Of a stretch of DNA of 64,000 nucleotides, positions 1 through 9,656 are shown piece after piece (the first letter of the stretch is position 1; each line of letters opens with the position of its first letter). The stretch is from assembly GCA_030445775.1 (NCBI GenBank), contig JASUTC010000001.1, positions 28,914-92,913 on the forward strand, written 5' to 3'. Below the pieces are notes generated by a model, which had not been told where the DNA came from, did no database searches, and saw only the letters and a list, made by a program, of their open reading frames with translations. The position numbers and the translations under genes are program-made. Origin of the DNA: Thermotogaceae bacterium. Its GTDB lineage: Bacteria > Thermotogota > Thermotogae > MWEM01.

Positions 1-1974
1 TTATAAAGGAGTAAATGAAGAATTTTTCCGATAAAAGCAACAACTGTTTTTCCCGTTTTTTTTCGCTTGGTACATGGCTTTGTCGGCCATTTTAATGAGT
101 GTTTTTGAATCAGAACCGTTTTCCGGAAATACAGCAACACCAATAGAGGCTTTAATTTTTATTTTATTATGGTTGATTGTTAAAGGTTGATTGAACAAAG
201 ACATGTACTTTTTGGTTAAAGTTCTCAGATCAGAATCATTTGCTACATTAAGTGCCATTAAAATAAATTCATCACCACCAATTCTGGCGAAAGTGTCACT
301 TTTTCTACGATTCTTTTCAAAACGCTGAGCAATTCTTTTGAGTAATTGATCACCCATATCATGTCCATATGTATCGTTTATGCTTTTAAAATTATCCAAA
401 TCAATAAAAAAAAGTGCAAAAGAATCCTCATTCCGTTCTGATCGCCTTGTTTCTTGAATTAATCTATCAATGAGTAATGTGCGATTGGGTAAACCAGTTA
501 ACGGATCAAAATTAGCCCGGTAAGCCAGTTTATCAGTTTCTTCTTTTTGCTTTGAAAAATTATTTATTGTCCCTATCAAATGTTGATCAACAGGATTTCC
601 TTTTTGGCTACGTATAATATTTTTACCCTGGTGCAACACCCAGACCCACTGATCGTCCTTTGTTATTAACCGGTATTGTATCTCAAAGGAAGCGCCAGCA
701 GTTGAACCTGCCTTTCTCAAATTAGAAATAAAGGATTTAAAATCATCTTTATGTATTAAGTCGCACCAAGAGCAAAACGAGCCATCAAATCCATCGATCG
801 CTATGTTGTTGTCTTTAAGCCACCGTTTATCTGTAAAAACCTTACCAATTGTTATATTCCATTCCCACAAACCTTTATCCGATGCCCAAAGAGCCAAATT
901 GAGTTTTTCTTTAACCTCTGATAACTTTTTGTTGCTTTCTATCAACTCTTTTTCTTTTTTTCTTAGCTCTACCGTTTTTTTGTTGACCATTTCTCGCAAT
1001 TCGATTATGTTATTTCTCATCTTTTGTTTTTCATAAGATGAAATTGTTATTTGATTCAGTTCAAAAGCCAGGGCAGCTGCCCCAAGCACATAAGCATTTG
1101 ATTTTAAAGGAGATACGTTTAAAGTAAAACTGTTTTTCAAAGGCGGAATCACTTTGTTGTTTGTATATTCTTTTAGTTTGGAAATATTTGGTTCTAATAA
1201 AGATGATAATTTCCCTCCTAATACCAAAGCATCCGGATTGATGAGGTTTACAGAAACAGCAAGACCTCTTGAGAGTTTCTCCAAGTATCTGTCAAAAATT
1301 TGCCCTTCTTCGGATGAACCAGACGCCACTCGCCTGAAAAAATCTTCTAAAACAAATGGCTTGTTTAAAGTTTGCCTTTCCTCATACAATTGTTTTAAAC
1401 CCTCAATCGATACATAGGTTTCAAGACAGCCCCTGTTACCACAATAGCATCTTCTTCCTTCAGGTTCAACGATTATGTGGCCAATTTCACCGCTAGCGTT
1501 ATCTTTTCCGGTTAATAGTTGATTATTACTAACAATCCCTCCACCAACACCAGTACCAAGGGTAATCAGCATGAAATTTTGCATGTTTTTTCCAAGCCCA
1601 AACCATTTTTCTCCCAGCGTTGCAGCACTGGCATCGTTTTCAATCACAATATTAAAGCCGGTTTTGGATTTGATTGGGGTCTTTAAATCAACATTTTTCC
1701 AGTTAGAAAACTGGGGTATATATTTAATAATACTATTTTCTCTGTCTAATGTCCCAGGAAAACTAATACCGACAACATCAGAAATTTCACTGCCTTCTTT
1801 AAACGCAATCTCTTTATATTCTGAGATCACACTACAAATTTGCTCAATCGCTCTTTTTGGACTATCGGATAGATAGGAAAGTTTCCATATTTCATCAAAA
1901 ATCTCACCATTTTCATCTACCAAAGCCCCTTTTATTTGATTTCTTCCAATACCAATTCCAATTGTCCTCACCAA
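1..1974 (-). CDS. ROK-family sugar kinase fused to a PAS domain and an intact GGDEF diguanylate cyclase domain (657 aa; the stop codon is window nt 1-3)
   Basis: N-terminus IGIGIGRNQIKGALVDENG plus the Zn motif CYCGNRGCLE give the ROK/glucokinase signature. The middle has a coiled coil and a PAS-like block (LWEWNITIGKVFTD...WVWVLHQGKNII). The C-terminus carries FIDLDNFKSINDTYGHDMGD...RIGGDEFILM, an intact GGDEF. Confidence 0.8.
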   Translation of the reverse strand: MVRTIGIGIGRNQIKGALVDENGEIFDEIWKLSYLSDSPKRAIEQICSVISEYKEIAFKEGSEISDVVGISFPGTLDRENSIIKYIPQFSNWKNVDLKTPIKSKTGFNIVIENDASAATLGEKWFGLGKNMQNFMLITLGTGVGGGIVSNNQLLTGKDNASGEIGHIIVEPEGRRCYCGNRGCLETYVSIEGLKQLYEERQTLNKPFVLEDFFRRVASGSSEEGQIFDRYLEKLSRGLAVSVNLINPDALVLGGKLSSLLEPNISKLKEYTNNKVIPPLKNSFTLNVSPLKSNAYVLGAAALAFELNQITISSYEKQKMRNNIIELREMVNKKTVELRKKEKELIESNKKLSEVKEKLNLALWASDKGLWEWNITIGKVFTDKRWLKDNNIAIDGFDGSFCSWCDLIHKDDFKSFISNLRKAGSTAGASFEIQYRLITKDDQWVWVLHQGKNIIRSQKGNPVDQHLIGTINNFSKQKEETDKLAYRANFDPLTGLPNRTLLIDRLIQETRRSERNEDSFALFFIDLDNFKSINDTYGHDMGDQLLKRIAQRFEKNRRKSDTFARIGGDEFILMALNVANDSDLRTLTKKYMSLFNQPLTINHNKIKIKASIGVAVFPENGSDSKTLIKMADKAMYQAKKNGKNSCCFYRKNSSFTPL

Positions 1975-2110
1975 ACCAACACCTTAACCTTTTTTAAATA
2001 AATTATAACATGAATCATTAGCACAGCTAATAAAGAAGCCACAAGTTTTACATTATCTTTGGGCATACTAGTTTGATTTGACTCATGGTTGTATTATCTC
2101 GATAATGATT

Positions 2111-4630
2111 TTAATCTGTTAGAAAATCAAACAATGAACGTACATGTATTGATTGATCACTAATCTCACCATCATATCGAAAATGTACGACTTTTTTTTC
2201 TCCTGAGAAACTAAAATAATTATCACTGAAAATCAAGTCTTCTGTTGATTCAATCAAACAGTATAAGACTGGTTTGTCGGCTTGGATAATGAGTGAATTT
2301 TTGTTTTCTTCTTTTTCTATTTTATATTTGATTGTTGGTTTTAAAAGGGACAGATTCTTGGGTGGGGTAAATAATTTGAAACCTTCTGAAACGCATTTAT
2401 CAGATTGATCAAATGCTTTGAAAAAGAGAATGGTGTTTTTAGAATCTATCCCAATATCTTTAAAATTTACCCTCTCCACTACTGATGAAAAGAGTCCGGA
2501 AGCATAAAGACTCCCTTCTTTTTGATATAGAATTTCACCTGTTAGATCCATCAATTTAAACGCATACCTACCGTTGAACTTCACCGGTAAATCATTACAA
2601 AACCAGATCTCAAAAAACTCCGGTGTTTCATGTGCATTGATATAAAAAGGATTGTAAAATCTTTTAGCAAAGTAATGTAAAGCCTTCCATCGACCATAAT
2701 AATCAATAGAAGACCAACTTGCAACAGGCCAGCAATCGTTAATTTGCCAATAAAGAGCACCCATACAATGACAATTATTCCTATTTCTTCTCCAATGTTC
2801 TACACCATATTCCATAGCTTCAGCTTGTGTTATTTGTGATAGTATGACTTGTTTTTCAAAAGACTGTGGAATCTTAAATCGTTTCTCCATATAATCATAT
2901 ATCTTTTGATTACCTGCCGGATTCTTTTGATGATTTTCCATGATTTTGCTGTCATAATACATTTGATTCGTTTTGCAGAAACTTTTTATGGTTTTAATAT
3001 CTGGAAAAGATTCAAATCCAAATTCCGACATAAACCTTGAATCAAATGTTCTATATGATTCCAGCGGAAAGCCTTCATGCCATACTTTCCAATAATGTGA
3101 ATCTCCGTAATTTGGTGATTGTGGATCTTGAAAACTGCCACCAGAAGATGGAGAACTAGGCCAATAAGGACGAAAAGGATCATAATCTTTAATTAATTGC
3201 GGAAGGGTTTCTTCAAACAATTTTATATAAAATGATTTGTACTGTGGAACGAATTGATCGAATCCCCAATACAACCATCCTTCCTCAATTTCGTTATTAC
3301 CAACCCAAATTGCAAGAGAAGGGTGGTTTCTTAAACGTTTGATGTTGTCAATCGCTTCTTTAATAACAGATTCTTCAAAGCCGCTGTAATCCGGAGTTGG
3401 TCTACATGCAAAAGCAAAGTCCTGCCAAACTAATAACCCTTTCTCGTCACAATAATGATAAAAGGCATCTTCTTCATAAATGCCACCCCCCCAGACTCTT
3501 ATCATGTTCATATTTGCCTGAACACAGGCATCAAGTATTTTTTTATAAGTCTTTTTTCGTGTTCCCCTTGTTAAAAATGAATCTGTTGGCACCCAGTTTC
3601 CACCTTTTGCAAAAACAGGAATTTTATTTAATTCAAAATAAAAGGTTTCGCCCCATCTGTCTTCTTTTCTAATTAAACAAATCTCACGAATGCCAAAATG
3701 AGTTGAATATTCATCCAACAATTGTTCTCCATCAAAAAGTTTGACTATTAGACGGTAAAGGTTTGGTTTTCCAAGATCATGACTCCACCATAATTTAGGG
3801 TTTTTAATCATTAGTTTTTTTTCTGTACCCATTTTCATTGAATCAATTTTCTCTGAATGTAACAGAACTTCTCCATCAAAGATCTGATAAAGAATCGTTT
3901 TATCCCCATTTTCACGAAAATCCTCAAGCTCCGTTTCCAAGGTTATTTCTGCTTCTTTCGCAGTTGGCCTGCCATTACCATCTCCAATAATAAATTCTAT
4001 TTCTGTTTGAACTTGAACTGACCTAATATAAGAGTCATTAAATGCATGGAGCTCAACTGTTCTCCAAATACCCGAATCGGGAAGTTTAGGACCCCAATCC
4101 CAGCCAAATGAATAATAAGCCTTCCTTAACATTTCCACACCGGGTATTGCGAATGGGAGATGATATTTGCTCTTTGAATCAATACTCAATCCGGATTGTT
4201 TGAGCTTTTCTTGAGCCTCTTTAACAGGACTTCTAAATCTAATAGTTAATTTGTTGTCTCCCTCTTCTAAAAAAGAATATTCCTTGGTTTTGATATAAAC
4301 CTCGTAGGTTCGGTGCATATTTTCTCCAAAAAGGATTACCCGATCATTTAAAATCACTTGACAATAAGTATCCAGTCCGTTAAATCTTAACATGCAGTAA
4401 TCTTTTTCCACTATCTCCTTACTAAAACTTATAATTGTAGAATATTCCCAATCAGTCTCATAAACCCATTGACAGTCTTTTTCATTTATCCCGTAAAAAG
4501 GGTCCTTAATAACATTGTTTTCAAGTAGTGTTTCGTACACACTACCCGGAACTTTTGCTTTATATTTTTTGTTTTCTTCAACTTCCTTTAAACTCCAATT
4601 GCGATTTAATTCTTTAACAATATGTTCCAT
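2111..4630 (-). CDS. Glycoside hydrolase family 2 beta-mannosidase-like enzyme (839 aa)
   Basis: The size is typical of GH2 beta-mannosidases, and the protein contains the WVGNNEIEEGW acid/base-type NE motif. Confidence 0.7.
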   Translation of the reverse strand: MEHIVKELNRNWSLKEVEENKKYKAKVPGSVYETLLENNVIKDPFYGINEKDCQWVYETDWEYSTIISFSKEIVEKDYCMLRFNGLDTYCQVILNDRVILFGENMHRTYEVYIKTKEYSFLEEGDNKLTIRFRSPVKEAQEKLKQSGLSIDSKSKYHLPFAIPGVEMLRKAYYSFGWDWGPKLPDSGIWRTVELHAFNDSYIRSVQVQTEIEFIIGDGNGRPTAKEAEITLETELEDFRENGDKTILYQIFDGEVLLHSEKIDSMKMGTEKKLMIKNPKLWWSHDLGKPNLYRLIVKLFDGEQLLDEYSTHFGIREICLIRKEDRWGETFYFELNKIPVFAKGGNWVPTDSFLTRGTRKKTYKKILDACVQANMNMIRVWGGGIYEEDAFYHYCDEKGLLVWQDFAFACRPTPDYSGFEESVIKEAIDNIKRLRNHPSLAIWVGNNEIEEGWLYWGFDQFVPQYKSFYIKLFEETLPQLIKDYDPFRPYWPSSPSSGGSFQDPQSPNYGDSHYWKVWHEGFPLESYRTFDSRFMSEFGFESFPDIKTIKSFCKTNQMYYDSKIMENHQKNPAGNQKIYDYMEKRFKIPQSFEKQVILSQITQAEAMEYGVEHWRRNRNNCHCMGALYWQINDCWPVASWSSIDYYGRWKALHYFAKRFYNPFYINAHETPEFFEIWFCNDLPVKFNGRYAFKLMDLTGEILYQKEGSLYASGLFSSVVERVNFKDIGIDSKNTILFFKAFDQSDKCVSEGFKLFTPPKNLSLLKPTIKYKIEKEENKNSLIIQADKPVLYCLIESTEDLIFSDNYFSFSGEKKVVHFRYDGEISDQSIHVRSLFDFLTD

Positions 4631-4680
4631 AACATTTACTCACCTCAAAAAAGCTCTTCTATAGATCGTTAATAAACTTT

Positions 4681-6408
4681 TTAAAAGATCGCAGGTACAA
4701 ATTCAAAGGTATTGATATCAATCAAACCAAGATTAGTAATCTTTAACTCCGGAATCACTTCCAGTTGAACAAAGGACAGTGCCATAAAAGGGTTGTCAAT
4801 CGTACAACCAAGCTTTTCTTTAACCGCCCTAAGTAACTTATTTTGCTTTTTTAATACATCTTCAAGTGACTCAGTTGACATTAAACCGGCTATCGATAGG
4901 GGTAAGGAGGCAATAACTTTTCCGTTTAAAGCAACGGACATACCGCCTTTGTTTTTTATTACATTGTTCACAGCACATTCCATATCTCTATCATCCTTTC
5001 CGGTAACGGAAATATTATGAGAATCATGTCCTACGGATAACGCTAGTGCTCCTCTTTTCATACCGGTACCGGTTATAAAACCCAAGGCAAATTGCTTTTT
5101 ATCAGTATATCGATTAACAATGCATATCTTGGCAAAATCAATCTGAGAACAATCCGGTTCACCATTAACAACTTTTGTGGTTTCAATGACTTCTTTGGTT
5201 AAAACAGAATCACCAAATACCTTTATTGCCCGGATATTGACTTTGTCTTGTTTAAGTTTGAACAAAAAATCATCAGCTTGATAATAGGGGCAATTCACGG
5301 TGTTGATCACTTCTTTAAAATTCGTTAATGATGGTGGGAACTTTGCAACACATTGGCCTTTTTCAGCTACAATTTTGGCATCTTTGATGACCATCTCAGG
5401 GTAAAAATGATTCAAATCAGATACCACTACCATATCTGCTTTATAACCTGGTGCGATTGCTCCCATACTGCGCAAACCATAATGCCTGGCTGTATTTATG
5501 GATCCGATTCTTAAAGCTGTTATGGGATCAACCCCTTTTTCGATGCTGATTCGAATCATTTCATCTATATCACCATTTACGATATCTTCCGGATGTTTAT
5601 CATCTGTACAATACGAGAGATAGGGTTGGGTTTTTTCATTTACGATGGGAAGAAGATTTTCCAAATCTTTTTCACCGCTTCCATACCTCATCAAAACTTG
5701 CATTCCACAAGATAATTTTTCATATGCTTCATCTGCAGTTGTACTTTCATGATCCGATTTAATAAAAGCTGCCGAATAAGCATTTAAATCTTTACCTGTA
5801 AGACCGGGAGCGTGTCCATCAATTTTTTTATATTTATGTCTGAATAATTCAATCATGGTTAAGAGATTTTCATCTTGATTTAAAATCCCCGGATAATTCA
5901 TAACTTCGCCCAAACCAAGTACACGAGGGTGTTTTTCTATAAAGCCGATCATATCCATTACTTTGACTTTTGCACCGTTTGTTTCCATATTTGTCGCCGG
6001 AACACAGGAAGGCAGCATGAAATAAATATTTAATGGAATCCCTTCAGTGTAATTCAAAAAGAATTCCACTCCCTTCAATCCCATCACATTTGCTATCTCA
6101 TGAGGATCCGCAATGACCGTTGTTGTTCCCCTTGCTAAAACAGCCTTCGCGAATTCCCTTGGTTCCAACATTGTGCTTTCAATATGCAAATGTGCATTAA
6201 TTAGTCCGGGAACCAGAAATTTCCCCTCTAAATCAATGACCTTTTTACCTTTTTTATAATCACCGATACCGGCGATACGTTTCTGAAAAATTGCTACGTT
6301 TGTCTCTTTTATATCTCCTGAAAAAACGTTGACAACTTTTGCGTTCTTGATTAGAAGATCTGCCGTTTGTTCCCCTTTTGCTACAGGAATAATATCAATC
6401 GCCCTCAT
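4681..6408 (-). CDS. Adenine deaminase (amidohydrolase superfamily)
   Basis: 575 aa with the metal-binding block GLINAHLHIEST and the VGHDSHN motif, which together match the adenine deaminase pattern. Confidence 0.75.
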   Translation of the reverse strand: MRAIDIIPVAKGEQTADLLIKNAKVVNVFSGDIKETNVAIFQKRIAGIGDYKKGKKVIDLEGKFLVPGLINAHLHIESTMLEPREFAKAVLARGTTTVIADPHEIANVMGLKGVEFFLNYTEGIPLNIYFMLPSCVPATNMETNGAKVKVMDMIGFIEKHPRVLGLGEVMNYPGILNQDENLLTMIELFRHKYKKIDGHAPGLTGKDLNAYSAAFIKSDHESTTADEAYEKLSCGMQVLMRYGSGEKDLENLLPIVNEKTQPYLSYCTDDKHPEDIVNGDIDEMIRISIEKGVDPITALRIGSINTARHYGLRSMGAIAPGYKADMVVVSDLNHFYPEMVIKDAKIVAEKGQCVAKFPPSLTNFKEVINTVNCPYYQADDFLFKLKQDKVNIRAIKVFGDSVLTKEVIETTKVVNGEPDCSQIDFAKICIVNRYTDKKQFALGFITGTGMKRGALALSVGHDSHNISVTGKDDRDMECAVNNVIKNKGGMSVALNGKVIASLPLSIAGLMSTESLEDVLKKQNKLLRAVKEKLGCTIDNPFMALSFVQLEVIPELKITNLGLIDINTFEFVPAIF

Positions 6409-7339
6409 TTTCGCTCCGCTCCTTTTTTATTGATTTTTTGATAGAAATACCAAATCTTTCTTCCTCAATATTACCCATCGGTTCTATGTGAATTAGAACG
6501 TCATAAATGTTGTCAATTCTTTTTTTAATTGTTTTTTCCACTTCTTTAGCAATCTCATGGCCTTGGTATACACTCAAATTACCGGAAACTTCAATATCAA
6601 GATCCACAATGAAATAGGATCCAATCTTTCTTATTCTTACCCTGTGAGGATTATGTGCATTTTCAATGGATGAAATCACTTCAAACAATTTTGCATAAAT
6701 TATCGTATCATTAATACCTTCCATTAATTCGTTATTCTCTTCCCAAAAAATTTGAATGGCAACTTTTATGATCCAACCACCGATAAATAAGGCAATAAGC
6801 TTATCAAAAAAAGGATACTGAAAGATAGAAGTCAAAACCAATCCAATTAAAACACTAATTGATAAAACGATATCGTTTCTCATGTTTTTTGCATCAGCAA
6901 TGAGCATGGAACTATTTTCTTTTCTTCCGATATTGTATTTGTAATAAGACAAGAATATTTTGATTGCTATTGAGATCAAAGTAACATAAATCGCAATCAA
7001 TCCTGGAATGCCAGACATTTTACCACTAATAATATCTTGAACAGATGTTGTGATTAGTTGTATCCCTGCATAAAAAATGATAAAAGAAAGTATTCGTGTT
7101 GCAATGGTTTCAGCTCTTCCATGACCATAAGGATGATTTTCATCGGGAGGTTTATCGATTATATTTGAAACCCATAATGTTAAAAGAGAAGTCAAAATAT
7201 CAGTAGCGCTATCTACTCCATCACCGATAACAGCTAAGCTTCCGGTTTTAAAACCTGTGAAAATCTTTATAATTGCAAGAAACAGATTCCCGTAAAAGCC
7301 GACCCAAGATGCCTTTTTGATGTTTTTTATTCGACTCAA
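6395..7339 (-). CDS. Cation diffusion facilitator (CDF) family metal efflux transporter
   Basis: About six predicted TM helices with the HPYGHGRAETIA signature and a C-terminal cytoplasmic domain. Its end overlaps the start of the adenine deaminase gene by 14 nt. Confidence 0.75.
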   Translation of the reverse strand: MSRIKNIKKASWVGFYGNLFLAIIKIFTGFKTGSLAVIGDGVDSATDILTSLLTLWVSNIIDKPPDENHPYGHGRAETIATRILSFIIFYAGIQLITTSVQDIISGKMSGIPGLIAIYVTLISIAIKIFLSYYKYNIGRKENSSMLIADAKNMRNDIVLSISVLIGLVLTSIFQYPFFDKLIALFIGGWIIKVAIQIFWEENNELMEGINDTIIYAKLFEVISSIENAHNPHRVRIRKIGSYFIVDLDIEVSGNLSVYQGHEIAKEVEKTIKKRIDNIYDVLIHIEPMGNIEEERFGISIKKSIKKERSENEGD

Positions 7340-7427
7340 TCCATCACCCCGATTTCTATTAACTATTTACTTATTGTACATTAAATCCTCTATTTTTTAC
7401 AACTCTTTTTATCAAATTTTATAAAAA

Positions 7428-7457
7428 TTGCCTCATCTGCCAAGTTAATGGTATAAT
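7428..7457 (+). promoter_or_regulatory. Sigma70-like promoter candidate for the HU gene, with -35 TTGCCT, an 18-bp spacer and an extended -10 TGgTATAAT
   Basis: The sequence reads ttgcct..(18 bp)..tggtataat. The RBS gggaggt lies at 7504-7510 and the ATG at 7517. Confidence 0.45.
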
Positions 7458-7516
7458 CAGCTTGTAAGGGGGAAAGTTTTTCCTGACAACAAAATTAAAC
7501 ATTGGGAGGTCATGTT

Positions 7517-7789
7517 ATGAATAAACTTCAATTGGTTAAAGCACTAGCGGAATCAAACGATACCACACAAAAACAATCCGAACAATTCTTGAACAGTTTA
7601 ATTAAAACAATTGTTGATGAATTATCGGATAGCGGTGAGGTTAAACTGGTAGGTTTTGGAACTTTTAAGACAAAGATTAACGAGGCAAGAAAAGGAATTA
7701 ATCCCCAAACAAAGAAAGAAATAAAGATTCCCAAAAAAAGAGTTCCTAAATTTGTAGCCGGAAAAGACCTAAAAGAAAAAGTAAAATAA
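7517..7789 (+). CDS. hup: HU/IHF-family nucleoid-associated DNA-binding protein
   Basis: The sequence MNKLQLVKALAE...GFGTFKTKINEARKGINPQTKKEIKIPKKRVPKF is the HU fold signature. The track ORF begins at a TTG at 7502, but the ATG at 7517 has the strong RBS. Confidence 0.85.
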   Translation: MNKLQLVKALAESNDTTQKQSEQFLNSLIKTIVDELSDSGEVKLVGFGTFKTKINEARKGINPQTKKEIKIPKKRVPKFVAGKDLKEKVK

Positions 7790-7799
7790 TTGTTTAAAA

Positions 7800-7826
7800 A
7801 AGAGGCGTAGGAGCCTCTTTTTTTTA
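7800..7826 (+). terminator. Rho-independent terminator after the HU gene
   Basis: A hairpin agaggc-gtagga-gcctct is followed by a run of eight T. Confidence 0.7.
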
Positions 7827-7966
7827 ACCCTTTATTGAGATATATGAGTTTTTTCGACTATTTTTTGACCTTTAATAATTTTTCCCCTGAAACGAACCTC
7901 ATGATATTAGTTTTCAATACTTTTCTCATAAAGAATGCTTGATCTCAATTGTATCTTTCTGAATGA

Positions 7967-8063
7967 TTCTAAAAAACCTTCTGTGAAGAGGGTTTTTATT
8001 TACAATATCTTGATCAAAAAACTCGTCGAAAATCCCAAATTATCAACGAGTTTTCTACATGTT
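7967..8063 (-). terminator. Two tandem hairpin/T-run terminators downstream of the ABC operon, read on the minus strand
   Basis: One hairpin is aaaaaccttc..gagggttttt at 7967-7995. The other is aaaactcgt-(19 nt)-acgagtttt at 8020-8057. Each is flanked by A/T runs. Confidence 0.5.
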
Positions 8064-8065
8064 AT

Positions 8066-8725
8066 TTAGAGATGGTCCTTTTTCAACATGTTTTGAACAC
8101 CTTTTTTGGCCACTGGGTAGGCAATCAGGATTCCACTGAAGCAAATAATGAGAAGAATCATCACCATTTGATTTCCTGTTAAATTGTTTCTTAACAAATA
8201 ACCCAGGTATCCCAATATCCCTGCAAAACCAAATACAATAAGGATTGAATACAATCCGTTGATATTCTGCTTCATTGCCTTTTGAGGATTATCCCAGGTT
8301 AGATATGGAAAAGCTGCATCCAGTGTTATTTGAAGAAGATTGAGGAATAAAACCAACAGTTCTGCAACCATAAAGATAATCACAGCTTGCAAAAGAGTAA
8401 CCTGAAAGAGCAAAATCAAAATAATGGCAATCGATAGTGGTCCGACAGTACTCATGATCATAACATGAAGTAGTTTTATCTTAAAAACCGTATTTGCTTC
8501 AACTGGTAAAACCTTTAATTCCGCCAACATTTTCCCTTCACGACTAAAGATTGTTGAAGCAAGCATATTCATCGCTCCAACGATTGTTCCAAGAAGAATA
8601 CCTGCGGGAATTATATATTCTTTGGCGTTGTTAATGAAATCAAATATTTGCTGAAATTCCGGGTTGTTTGTTGCAAACGAAAAGATTACAATCAGTACCG
8701 GAAAAACGATCTGAGGAATGTTCAA
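8066..8725 (-). CDS. ABC-2 type transporter permease; possibly the C-terminal half of a frameshifted longer permease
   Basis: A multi-TM hydrophobic protein. The ORF starts at a TTG that sits directly after an in-frame stop. It overlaps the upstream permease ORF by 86 nt in a different frame. Confidence 0.55.
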   Translation of the reverse strand: MNIPQIVFPVLIVIFSFATNNPEFQQIFDFINNAKEYIIPAGILLGTIVGAMNMLASTIFSREGKMLAELKVLPVEANTVFKIKLLHVMIMSTVGPLSIAIILILLFQVTLLQAVIIFMVAELLVLFLNLLQITLDAAFPYLTWDNPQKAMKQNINGLYSILIVFGFAGILGYLGYLLRNNLTGNQMVMILLIICFSGILIAYPVAKKGVQNMLKKDHL

Positions 8726-9656
8726 ATATTAATTGATTCGCTTTGCCCTCTTTTCCATTGTAATGGTCCTGAAATTTTAAATAAGTTTTATAGTACGTTT
8801 TCTCACCAATAAATAGTGCGAAATAAAAACCGGTGACGTGCATCAAGATGAATAAGAACAGCCATAATACTCTCTGAAATCCTTCACCGATAAGCGCCTT
8901 CACACCAATTGAAGCAGGGGGATAGTCTTTTCCCGCCTGAGAAATCAGACCTTGCGGATTTGAAAGCATTTCAATCATCTTCTCTTCCGATAATTGATAA
9001 CCGGCCAAATCATTAGTGGCATAAAATTGAAATCCGATAACCACAACCACAAGCAAAATACTCATGAAATAGATTAAAAAATCCTTATACTTTCCGAAAT
9101 TGATGTATCTTGAAATGGGCAACAAAACAATCATCTGAATAATAACAGGAAACGCCTGTGAAAATACCAATACGAAAACCATCGTTATCCAGTAGATAAT
9201 GTCTGCTCCTGTTTTTACCCCGAATATCACTAGTGGTGGCAAAAGAAAAAGCAAAGAAATCCACAATAAATCAATCATGACTAAAAAGGACTTAGCACCA
9301 AGTATCTCTTTTGGCTTTAAAGGTAATGACATCAGCAGATTGAGATCTTTTGTGAAAAAAAATTCATTGATAACTAAGTAGATTCCCAAAAAAAAGCCAA
9401 ACATACCCGTTATCAAAATAGCGTTGTTTAAGAATAAACCCTCCAATCCTACCTGCCTGTATTGATCAATCATCATACCCTGGAGTTTGACAAACAGGGG
9501 TCCAATAAAAATAAACAAAAAACCAAACACACCTAACAGCAGAAAAAACTCCCACAATCTTTTTTTTTCTTTGAAATATTGAACCCTTTTTTTAGATAAA
9601 CCGTAATGAGCATTAATAAGCGTCAAGATAAGAGAAATCATCTTGTTCTGCTTCAC
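8640..9656 (-). CDS. ABC-2 type transporter permease
   Basis: Multi-TM protein. Its last ~29 aa (LIFEHSSDRFSGTDCNLFVCNKQPGISANI) look out of frame and non-membrane. Confidence 0.6.
   Translation of the reverse strand: MKQNKMISLILTLINAHYGLSKKRVQYFKEKKRLWEFFLLLGVFGFLFIFIGPLFVKLQGMMIDQYRQVGLEGLFLNNAILITGMFGFFLGIYLVINEFFFTKDLNLLMSLPLKPKEILGAKSFLVMIDLLWISLLFLLPPLVIFGVKTGADIIYWITMVFVLVFSQAFPVIIQMIVLLPISRYINFGKYKDFLIYFMSILLVVVVIGFQFYATNDLAGYQLSEEKMIEMLSNPQGLISQAGKDYPPASIGVKALIGEGFQRVLWLFLFILMHVTGFYFALFIGEKTYYKTYLKFQDHYNGKEGKANQLIFEHSSDRFSGTDCNLFVCNKQPGISANI

Noticed and set aside
803-1876. Plus-strand ORFs nested inside the ROK-GGDEF gene and other nested ORFs antisense to clear genes. Examples include 2849-3183, 4793-5020, 20166-20378, 21220-21549, 22647-23188 and 40768-41583.
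   Set aside because: All are embedded antisense or out of frame within genes that have strong motif support. They have low-complexity composition and no RBS.
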